A DNA stretch of 63,902 nucleotides, counting the filler, from Gonapodya sp. JEL0774 (lineage: Eukaryota): NCBI GenBank assembly GCA_027604505.1. It is 3 parts of 3 records of this genome, joined end to end, with 100 filler letters (N's around TTAATTAATTAA, not from the genome) between each part and the next. Parts side by side here need not be neighbours in the genome. Positions count along the whole stretch, not along the records: positions 1 to 22,696 come from JADIIX010000238.1; positions 22,797 to 45,442 come from JADIIX010000239.1; 1 more part is not named here. The stretch is one strand, 5' to 3'. Under the pieces are notes generated by a model. The model saw only the letters and a list, made by a program, of their open reading frames with translations. It did no database searches and had not been told where the DNA came from. Shown one piece after another: positions 13,112 to 23,456 of this stretch. Every line of letters begins with the position of its first letter. Positions within the stretch are counted from its first letter, which is position 1. Made by a program: the position numbers and the translations under genes.

Positions 13112-13447
13112 AGGATCTTGTTATAGAAAGGTGGGAGACAGGTGCCATCCCGTATTGGAAGAGTATTTATTTGAAAATGTTTACTACCATTCGACTTCAT
13201 GACTGTGGTAATTTAAACATGTATGTCGCTCTCGACCTAGCCAGTCAATCCAAGTACTGCGACATACAGACAGAGTTTTTGTTCCCTAATAATGAACATG
13301 CTCCCCCAACTTCCTTCGCAATTTGGAAGGCGCGCCTAAACACAGATTCAATGTAACAACCTGCAGGCACATATTCAAAAAACACGAGCGAAGAGGCGTC
13401 ATCTCGTTACAAAAGAACAAAGAGGAAAGTATCGTACCCTGTCAGCC

Positions 13448-15763
13448 ATGAAGTGTTGATCGTAGCAATAGCGGTGTCCTTGTGTGGTTCGGCCACAAGA
13501 TGCTGGGCTCAACTTGTCCAGTCAGGTCAAGCACTCACGAACATCAGAGGTAGCTGCTGTTGGGAGAGCTAACGTTTGTTCCTTCGTGCAATGCCGACGG
13601 TCACATCGCTGGGATCAGATTGTTTAAAGACGGATAAACTAGGAGAGATTGAAAGAGGTTGAAAACATCACTAGTAACCTATAAGCAACTTTGAGACGGG
13701 TATGCTGTCCAGTTGAATGTACGCCGGTAGGTCCCAGTCCTCCGTGCGTCCAACGTGTGATTCCGAATTGATAGGTCAAAGATGTCCGGAGGTTTGTACG
13801 TCACCTGCTGTACTCATGCATGGCGATCGCAATGTCCCTAATTACCATCATCTCAATTAAAATGCACTATCCCAGGCCGATCGGGGTCTAACGTCAGCTT
13901 TTCCATCGTTCTCGTTACATTCGGCCCTTGGATATCTTTCTGCGGATGGCAATCGCTTCACGGGGTCAATTCCTACTGGAACTTTCTCAGGATTATCAGC
14001 ATTGTACTCCCTCAACTTGGCGGATAGCGGTCTATCTGGATCCCTCCCATCTTTTATGGACAGCGGCATGACTCGAACGTGACAACTTGTGCGATCAGCC
14101 CTTCGAATGCTGGTCTGGTAAGGATATTTTCATCAGTTAAAGTGGTTCATGAGACCCACCCACGACTATGTTCAGCACAGTTTTGCGAACAACTATTCCA
14201 TACCTTGTTCAGGATAGCTCACTGGCACACGTCCGAATCCTCCTCCCCCACCTGCAATTCCAATTCCACCGCCACCATCCCCCTCCGACCCCAGCCTCTG
14301 CTTTGATGACGTACGGCAACCGTTATAACCTTGGAAGCGCCAACTGTGTCAACATTGAACTTGAACAGTCCTCTTAACAATCCCACATCGTCTACTCGTC
14401 CTCCTCCTCCCGTCAGTTCTGCTAGTAGTCAGACGGACACAGTCGTCCCGGCATTAATGTCTTTCACCAAGCGTGAACGTCGGAGTTACAGACAACATCG
14501 GATCCACATCTACCGCTCTGGCTGCTTCTCCAACGGCCGGGGGAGGTAGCAGTCCTTCATCCAGCGTCACGATGGGTGTTAGCACCAACGGTTTGATAAC
14601 CACCGAATCCAATCAAAGCTCCCGAATGAACATTGGCGCCATCGTTGGTGGATTGATTGATGGTGGAAGAACAGCTGCTGTTGCGCTCGTTGTTCATGCC
14701 ATGTTGGTGAATGGCCGAAAATCAACAGCAACCGCGCCTCGGAGGTCTAATGCCAAAACAGGATCGGGATTACGTATGCTCTTTTCCTTTGAAGCGTTCT
14801 TGGACGTGGTGGCAATGCTTACTCCCCCAATGTTCCAACGCCTGAATCGGTTGCTTTTAGATCACTTCGAGATCAAAGATGATTTGCGGCCTCGCCAGTC
14901 AACCAAAAGTACAACAGGATCTCGTACTTCGTCAAACCTCTCAGTGAACAGAAATTTGTCACTGCTAGATCTGACTAATGTACTGTGGCGACTTGCGTTC
15001 GTCTTTGCCAATGAGCTTCAGGATACGCACTAACCGCCATTCAATTCATCATTAGAACACAAACAGTTCTCAGCCCACTGCCCATGGACATGTCTCAGAA
15101 GAGACGTCTTTGCCATCAAGTGTGCATCGTGGCGTTTCCAGTAGAAGTGTCGGGATGCTCGGGATGCACCTGGTCGAACACTCGTCGGAAGTCGCAATTC
15201 CTCACTGGACATTTTCTTTCTTTACTCACGGTGCCGCTCCGGACTCAAATTATATAAGCCCACCCATGCTCAGTCCAAGATTCCCAGTGATGCGTGATGT
15301 ACGTATGTTTGGTTCAGCTGGGAAGTGATTCCACGTTTTCGTCCCAATTCAACTGATTTAATCCATAGTACGTGGCCCCAAACGATGACGAGCTCACAGT
15401 TCCAGCTTGTGTGCATGTGGTGCTACATAGCGCGTACCGGGTTTGGTAACAGATATCGCTTGCGGGCGATCAGTGGGTTGATTCCACTCTGAGTTTTTGC
15501 AAACGCTATGCAGTTGTTGTTTGTTTCTTGGACCCCTCCCGATCGTCTCTACTTTAGAGAGTATCTAGATCTGGGTCTTTCAATTCCACCCATGACTGTT
15601 GGCATTGTTGAGTCTCCGAATCAGCTCCCTCCTCCCGCCACTTTGAATCCATTCATCATTTCGGTCTAAGCTCTCAACCAATTCTGAGTACTCAAATCAA
15701 CTCGATGACAGCCCAATTTGTTTCCGGGATCTTGTCTTTGCGTGTAGAGAGCCCGGTGATCTG
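13448..15763 (+). pseudogene. LRR-TM-SH3 receptor pseudogene, copy E
   Basis: Decayed exon 1 (RGSCC..CNADGHIAGI remnants with stops and deletions); LRR remnant YLSADGNRFTGSIPTGTFSGLSALYSLNLADSGLSGSLP (13930-14050); eroded TM region NIGAIVGG; SH3 remnant YVAPNDDELTV (~15369) with the DGW segment deleted and the following donor GT changed to CT. End coordinate approximate. Confidence 0.78.
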
Positions 15764-16146
15764 AAGCTCGACAGTACAACCATAATCATCAATGGACGTA
15801 AAATGGTATGCTTGTCTCTAGTCATTCTTACACGCACAGATTATGTGGCTGTTGACATCGCTTTACACTCATTAGTTTATACTCATATTTTGTATGTACT
15901 GCCGACTTGCCCGATGCCAACACACACCTCATATAATGAATGATACTTCCAGACAAGAAGTAACAGTGAGACAATGTAAACGCCTCACGCGTCACTCAAT
16001 TGTTGCTGTGTGAAACTTCTCCCGATGAGTAGAAAGATTTCGAGCGGGGTTCCTTCTTCTTTTTCTAGGGGAACCTCTTGAACTGTTCCTTAAGGGCGAG
16101 GCTCCGCATGAGGACCGGTGGAAATTGCACACAACACTTTCGTTAC

Positions 16147-18599
16147 ATGGGAAGGACGGCAACTCTTCTAATCGTATTGATTGTGGGATCTTTGTGTTCA
16201 GCATCATGCCGTGCCCAAGTTGCGTTCACGGGCACCGCAGTGGCATCCGAATGTGCCGTCATAGAGGCCATGTTTGACCAGTCCGGTCTGGGTTTGATGA
16301 ACACCAGAGGCAGCTGCTGTAGGGAACTTGGGTCTCAACCCACTTTTATACCGTCTGTTTCTTGCAATGCCGCTGGGCACGTAACGGGGATTCAGGTTGT
16401 GGGTAGAACGGTCATTGCCAAGCTTTGTGCGACCATGCGACCAAGATTACTCACGCACTTGTTTCAGGCTGGTCAAGGTCTAAAATCACCGTTTCCAACG
16501 ATCGCCTCTCTGCCGTATCTGCAATATCTCTCGGTCGATAACAATCAACTGACGGGTCCCATCCCAGCCGGAGCGTTCACAGGGTTATCAGCCCTTTTCA
16601 GCTTGAACTTGGCGAACAATGGAATCACTGGTGCATTCCCCTCGTTTCAGGGTACCAACATGATGAGCATAATTTTATCCGGGAATTACTTCACTGGCAA
16701 TGTTGACGGATTGCTCCCGTCAACAGTGACATCCTGCAACATAGGCACATCGAACACTGGTTTGGTGAGTCCTTGGTAGCTTCATAATTATGTACATTGC
16801 CCCACAAAGACCTCCTATATGTAGTATAGTTGCACAAGCAACTATCCGAAAGCTTGCACAGGAATCTCTACCACATGTCCACCACCTCCGCCCCCACCCC
16901 CGCCGCCACCACCCCCACCACCTGCATCTCCACCACCGCCCCCACCCCCTCCTCCCCCTTCCATCACTTCTTTATCCGCTGCACCTAGCTCCGCACCGCC
17001 CACTGTTTCGACTCCCGTATTGGACGTTCCTTCCACCACTCCAATTGCAGTTCCTCCTCCTCCGCCAGCTGGTACATCTGGGAGTCAAACAGGCGCGGGG
17101 GTGGCCGTGAGCAACGTTAGTCTGTCAACGGGTGTCCCAGGAGCAGAGTCCTCTCCTGGGTCTATGCCAACTTCCACTGCGGCAGTGAGCTCTGCACCAC
17201 CTCCCGCTGGGACCCCCGCATCTGGAAATTCCGGCTCGTCAGGCTCAACGGGATTAGTCACGACTGCCTCTAGCCCACCCTCCGGAACAAATATCGTACC
17301 CATTGTTGGTGGTGTCGTTGGCGGAGGGCTGTTGCTCATTGTCGCCCTCGTCATCGGTGCGGTCGTGAATCACCGCCGAAAGAAATTATTGGCTCAGCAA
17401 ACGCAGACCGGGTCCGGTGGGTGCACCGAAATCAATATTTCTGTGATACTTCCACCAAATTCCTTGTCTTGTCGTATGTCCGCGGTGCTGTGCGGTTTGA
17501 AGATTCACTGGACTCCCAAACCAATTTGCAATCCCGAGCGTGGTCTAAAGTACCACCAGAATCAGATACTCTATCGAACACCTCCATCGGCAAATCATCT
17601 CTGCAAACGCTTGGTAAAGTAAGTGTGATCTGCCACGCTCTCATTCCGCGTCACGGACTGAAATGCTATTCGCTGCAACGTAACGTACAGGGCACCATCA
17701 GTCCCGTTCCAACTGCTCATACAAACTCCACCGAGGTCGCGTCGTTGCCATCGAGCATGAACTCCAGTGGCTTCTACGGCCAATCGACGAGTATGATGCC
17801 TATGATGCCTATGATGCAATTCCAGGCGATGCCATATTCGAATACCGTGCGTAGCACATTGATTCGTTCTGAGTGCCAAGCGCACCACTAAGTCGGCTTG
17901 CACGATTGTCTACATTTCTCAGCCGCAAACACAAGTACCTCCACACTGGACGTTCTCCATTTTCGTTCAAGCCAATGCAATCTCAGCGGGTGCACAATTT
18001 ATCAGCCTCCCCGTACCCAATCCTGGTTTCCTCGTAAGCCGCGATGTGTGTATACCTCCCTTTGGAATATTTCCTGTTGCAAGCCCCCTTACCGTGCATT
18101 TTGGACTTGATTATCTCTCTGTAGTACGTTGCCCGTAATAGCGACGAGCTTACGCTTCTCGGAGGCACACAAGTGATGCTGCACAGCGTGTATCGAGACG
18201 GGTGGGGTTTGGCGACAGACGTTACGTCGGGCCGATCTGGTTTGGTGCCACTGTGAGTTTTGTGCAGTTGTGTAGGGGCTGAGAAGTGTGTTTGTGTGTG
18301 TGCAGTGCAGAGCCCGATTCTGACTTTGTTCGCGTGCACCCTCCCTCCATCGATTCAGCGAATACCTCGACCTCGGTTCGGCACCACCGCCGGTCGAACT
18401 CTACAACGCCGGCATCATCGCCCCGTCCTCCCGCCGCTTCGAATCTGTAAATCATCAGTTCCAATCCCAATCGAACGTGCAAGGATTTTTGAACTCGGCT
18501 CCGGGGTCTATGTCGGCACAAATATTCTCGGGAAGTGTGACTCGGGGGAGTGGGAGTAGTGGGACGATCGGAGGGTCGGTGCGGCAAGGGCTGATATGA
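16147..18599 (+). CDS. LRR-polyPro-TM-SH3 receptor-like protein, copy F (apparently intact, 8 exons)
   Basis: Exon 1 16147-16398 (signal plus cap); exon 2 16468-16764 (LRRs); exon 3 from 16825 YSCTSNYPKAC..CPPPP..TM PIVGGVVGGGLLLIVALVIGAVV-NHRRKK; SH3 GFLVSRD|YVARNSDELTLLGGTQVMLHSVYRDGWGLATDVTSGRSGLVPL|(intron 18253-18358)EYL; stop TGA 18597-18599. Confidence 0.9.
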
Positions 18600-19308
18600 A
18601 CTGAAGAGGGGAACTTATCTGCGCTCGCTGCTGGCAGTCTGGGGTGATGCAGATACCAAACCGGTTTTGAGTCACCATTGTATCGGACGACAAGTATTTA
18701 TAGAAACTAAGTCTGTAATTCGACAATTTGCATCATTATCCGTACCGAAATTGGGTGTTTTGGTTGAGTTGTTTCACGCCTGTGCTGCAATTGATCAAGG
18801 ACCGCCTGCGATATGTGTTCTGTTCTTCACCTTCTCCCCTCCCATGGCGGATCACTGTACAACACCCCACCTGGTTATTCTCTCCCTCCTGGATATGGCG
18901 ACAGTCACACGTATCCCAGGTTCGTTGTTCGAACCAAACTACGCCGAGAGAGTTTCCCTCTTCTCAAAGTGTTTGTTTTGTGTTTTTGTTCTGGAATCAT
19001 GGACACATGCATGGACATTAATGTTTACATGAACTCTGATCACTTTACCGGTTGAACGGCGGCCGCGGAGAGACCTGGACCTGCCGTCCTCCAGTCAACG
19101 GGAAAGCGTTCCCGTTTCTAGTGACAGCTTTTAGCTTCTCCTAGTCTACCTGTCTTGAATAAATATTCCGCGGTGGCAGTCCTCACCCCAAACACGGATC
19201 CCCGCGGTCACCCGATTTTCTTCCGCGGTTAATTCTGTCCAGTCCGTGCCGACTCACAGCTGCGGTGGTGGCGAGAAGAATGCAAACACACGCTTGGATG
19301 ATGGCTGT

Positions 19309-19535
19309 CACTGGAAAAAATCTAGTTGTTCCCATGTCGCGTTACCGACCTGTTACCATTGTAAAATACACCACGGATGGTTTCTGGGGTAATTACCCCA
19401 TGGGAATCTGTGTTTATCCATGCGAAACCACCCCCCAAAATACCACTTGGTGTATTTATAGATGGGTAAACTTCGAATTACCATTTATTTTTTTTGCCAC
19501 TGGGTAATATGAATGGTAAAATCGTAATTACCCTG
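19309..19535 (+). mobile_element. Probable terminus of a CACTA/CACTG (CMC-EnSpm-like) DNA transposon
   Basis: Begins CACTGGAAAAAA 3 bp after homology to the copy-A upstream region ends, followed by clustered direct and inverted GGTAA/TTACC motifs. No partner TIR or transposase was found in the window. Confidence 0.4.
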
Positions 19536-20507
19536 CTTGATCCCATATTGCTGTTGTGGTATTGACACCTTGCACATGACCACAGCCTACACATGTATAT
19601 AAGGCACAACTAGCACCACATGATAAGATCACACTTCACATCATCTCACACTCCAGGCCTATCACTAGGCCACCATCCCGTCATAGAGGGCTGAGACCGA
19701 TACGTAGTGACAGCCCCACTACACCAGCCTGTGTGGTGATGAAGTCGCACAATAACCACTCCCATTCCTATTCCATTTTCCATCGGCTATGGGCATTAGT
19801 GATGGTGATAGCAAAAACATCTTTCACCATTTGCTCACCTGAATCCAGTGGGTAGCACAGTATCCACCCTGTCTGCCATGCACTGCGGTGCGCGCACACC
19901 GCAAGTTTGTCCACCGGGCAACCTTACACAACACCATGACGGAAGAGCAATGAGAACTTACCAGTCGCACATCAGATGAATCTGATGCCAGTAGATTGCT
20001 CTGTTCCCTTGCAAGAAGTTTCAAGTGCATCAAGTCATCACGACACAATCCGATGATTGGGTTGGCCCACAAGAGATGGGACGGCTGTGCCACTTTATCC
20101 AACTGGTGAATGGTAAATGTGAAGGGAATGCTATCAAGGTGCAAGCAAAGCCGAATAGCCTGTGGTGGTTCGCGGCGGAACCGTGGGTTTCTGTCCCGAA
20201 ACTCAATGTATGTATGTCTCAACTCCAATACAGTGTGTCACCAAGCGGTCACAGCTGAGCCGCTGGCATAACTAAGATCACTAGAAAAATCTAAAAACTA
20301 CTCTATACGCATCTATATACTAATAGATATCATATATATCCAAGGAATGGGTGCCGCGACCAGGGGTGACGCGTGGAGGTGAACGGGGACGATAGATGTC
20401 GTACTCGTGGGGTCACGTGACTCCGGCTAAACTCCCGCTTTTAGCCGTCGTCTCACAACAAGCCATTGCAGTACCCCTGATGGGATGACATTAGAAGCTT
20501 GATACCA

Positions 20508-20675
20508 ATGTGAAGAAATTGGCATGGCCTCAGCATGTAAAATATTCGTCCATGTGAAGAAATTGCATGGCCTCAGCATGTAAAAATATTTGTCCATGTG
20601 AAGAAATTTGCATGGCCTCAGCATGTAAAAATTCTCGGTACGGATGTGAAGATTTTCGCCTGTGAAGAAATTTTC
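20508..20675. repeat. ~44-bp tandem repeat (3 full units plus 2 partial)
   Basis: ATGTGAAGAAATT(G/T)GCATGGCCTCAGCATGTAAAA(A)TATT.GTCC at 20508, 20552 and 20596; partial TGTGAAGA units at 20644 and 20661. Confidence 0.9.
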
Positions 20676-20969
20676 ACACAACTCATATGTGGTCCACAAC
20701 TTCCATCATTCAACATCTCTGATTCTCTGGCAAAGACGCTATGTGGGCAATGAAATAAATGATGCTTGGACTCGCAGAGCAAGGTGAGCGACTGAGGCTG
20801 CTTGATGGCGACTGCCACCAGATTCGCATTGTCTCGATCACCAGGGTAGCCGCAACCAGCAAATGGGCTGAAGTGCGCTCAAGCATTTGTTCTGAGTGAG
20901 ATCACATTGCGTTTGACTGCATAGGTAGGTCTCTTGTACTGGAGGATTGTTCCTTGTTCCTTTCATGTC

Positions 20970-22696
20970 ATGAGGAATCTCCGGGATCAGACGGGGCGAG
21001 TCGATTGCAAGCCTGAGGGGTAGGGGCCACCAGGCTTGCGACAGCCACCACAGAGCGACGAGAGTCGCCATGCCCCCGTCCAAGATGAGCTTCTTCACTA
21101 TCCAAGGGATGAGCACCCATGGCGGATTGATGAAGAGGTTGGACAGGGGCCCCCAATGGATGGAGAAGGCGTTCGGAGCAAGCGCTTCTGGATCTGGACC
21201 CCAACTGCAGAAGGTTGGGATCTGGCAATTGAGGGCCGAGGCGAAGAGGTCGACGGAGTGCAGACCCCACAGTCTGTCGAGAGACTGAAACACGCGCGGG
21301 TGGAGTTTCCAGCCGTGGGTGTCTCTCTGGAGACGTGAGTCGTGGTGCTAGAGATGACAAAGTCAGTCCAGGCGCAGGGGGAACGGAAGGTAGCACTGGT
21401 AGCAACTGCGTGCAGGGCTACAATTACTGCCAACGTATTCAGCGATCCAGGGATGTGCTCCACAAACAGAGTTGCCCCGTGGGAAACCCCATTCCAGCAT
21501 CTGACTGACCACCAGAGATAGTGCTGGGCTGCGCAACCAACCTTGCTTGGCCATGGTGTAGGCTGAAGCTGTGTTGTCAGTGAGCAGCAGGATCGTCTTC
21601 CCCTGCAGGGGAGTCTCGCGCGCAAAAGCCTTCAGTCCAAGGAAGGAGGAGATAGCCTCCAGGACTTGGATGTGGATGAACTCTGTCAACGGGATCGACG
21701 AGTTGGCGAACCAGCCTCGAATAGCCGTTGGGGAGTACAGAGTGTGAAGGTGCCGAATGAGGAGATCGGCTGTCCAGCGAGCTGAAGTTCGAGTGAGCTG
21801 GTCCCCTTTTGACGTGGTTGTCAAAACAAAGGGGGGCGCTGGCACTGCGCGAAGGTTCGCTCCGGAACCCGTTTCTGAGGCGTCGGAGGTGATCACCAAG
21901 TCTACCTTGGGCAGGAGGAAACTGACGCCATTCCACTGATGCAGGTGCTGTAGGAGCTCCTGAAGGGAGTGGCGAATGGCTGGGGATATGAGCAATAGCC
22001 TGTTCCAAGAGCCCTGGAAAGAGTTGTGTCGCTGCAACAGGATACGGTTGTAAGCCTGAAGCAGGGGCAAAGCTTGGAACTGAGCGTACCACAGGGCATT
22101 GTGAGCGGACTGCAGTGTGCCAAGGATGGACGCGGCCTGCTGAAGCAGGATGGAGTCCTTCCGGATGGCCTGCTTGACCCTGTGGCACAGAGAGCAAAGG
22201 CAAGCAGGGGTAAGGGAGAGGGTGCCTTTCTTGAGGTCCCAAATGAGACCCAAGTGAATGGGGCGGTGCACTGCAAGAATGATCTTGGGGTAGCTGGTTG
22301 TAATTATAAAGCTCAGATACAGGAGCAGAAGACAAGAGAAAATCTGGTCCAGTGCTGTGCGCAGGTGCGTCTCTCTGAAGTTGATCCCGTCGTCAATGTA
22401 GAACAATGACTGGATCCCGTTTGACCGGAGGATGCCAAGAACAACCCTCATGGGCTGGGGACGCCAGAAAAGGATCCGAGGGTGAATCCGTGGGTGAGAG
22501 GACCACTATGACAAGATAAATACCTTCGTCCAGAGCAGCGGAATTGGTGCGAGCCGAAACGTTGCCGTGAGGGAGCGGTAAACGCGGTTCCCGGGCCCTA
22601 GAATGAGAAGGGCCTCGCAGTCCTGCTCGCGGGTCGCGATGTGGGGGAAAGCGTTCTTGATGTCGATCGACGCTCCGAACTGAAAGGTTCGGGAGG
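20970..22696 (-). mobile_element. DIRS-like (tyrosine-recombinase class) retrotransposon pol: RT-RNase H-N6-adenine MTase, decayed, 5' part lost in gap
   Basis: RT: ASIDIKNAFPHI, TFRLAPIPLLWTK, GIQSLFYIDDG (22389-22400). RNase H: ITSDASETGSGA, HIQVLEA, LLTDNTAS, HIPGSLNTLA. MTase: VDLFAS..CSW..NAFSIHW..FINPPW (21117-21128)..WWLSQAWWP. Frameshift near 21478. The RT-RH-MT order is typical of DIRS elements. No tyrosine recombinase was seen. Confidence 0.88.
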
Positions 22697-22796
22697 NNNN
22701 NNNNNNNNNNNNNNNNNNNNNNNNNNNNNNNNNNNNNNNNTTAATTAATTAANNNNNNNNNNNNNNNNNNNNNNNNNNNNNNNNNNNNNNNNNNNN
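22697..22796. other. Scaffold gap with artificial six-frame-stop spacer
   Basis: 44 N + TTAATTAATTAA + 44 N. Confidence 0.97.
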
Positions 22797-23456
22797 GACA
22801 GATGTGAATAATTATACAGAAGGAATGGACATCGGTCCATATCCTTAACATTATAATCGATAAAGATTGTAATATGTAGAGATGTGTATAGGGGGACTAG
22901 CTAGAAGTCCTTTCTTTGTAGAGATTCGAAAAACAGCCATTTTGATAATGATCTTCAAGTAGTAGTTTGAAAACCATTCACCATTTCGAAACAATTGCTG
23001 TAACTGCTGGTGCGTCTGGGATCAGTGTGGCTCTATCACACGTCACTTGTCCGTCCTTAGCCTTGGCATGTTGCTGATCACGGCATAAAATGATATGAGG
23101 TGAGACGTATTGAGAATAGGGAAGAAAACTCAGAAACGCTTCTCCTGTAATGCCTTTCAGTCGGGAGGGTATCAGACAGTGACTTTGGATGTGGGGCCGT
23201 CATGTCGTGGTTGCAATGATCACTGTGCATGTGAGCACACTGTTTTGAAAGCCAGTTTGCTCTAAACATCGCAAAAAGTCAATGGACGCATTCACGTGCA
23301 GACGACTTCGTCCCCCGGGTGCCCCAAGCAGTGAATCTGAATCGGCAAGTTGTCGAATATACATGAGCTCTCATGATTGAAAACGAATGCGGCACAGGAC
23401 CTCTCCATACGTTTATATTCACTGTACCACCTCATTCAGAGATACAAAATCTTACC

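Noticed and set aside
19824..20258. ORFs that could be the missing DIRS tyrosine recombinase or gag
   Set aside because: No R..HxxR..Y recombinase signature or other recognisable motif.
20236..20457. TG...CA-bounded segment with TATA-rich core and CGGCTAAA/TTTAGCCG hairpin, possible solo LTR
   Set aside because: No matching target-site duplication, second copy or primer-binding site in the window.
20508..20675. Possible CRISPR array
   Set aside because: Units are contiguous with no unique spacers, there are no cas genes, and the context is eukaryotic.
22741..22752. TTAATTAATTAA palindrome inside N runs (also 45487-45498)
   Set aside because: Identical, centred in both 100-N gaps and encoding stops in all frames, so it is an artificial scaffolding spacer.
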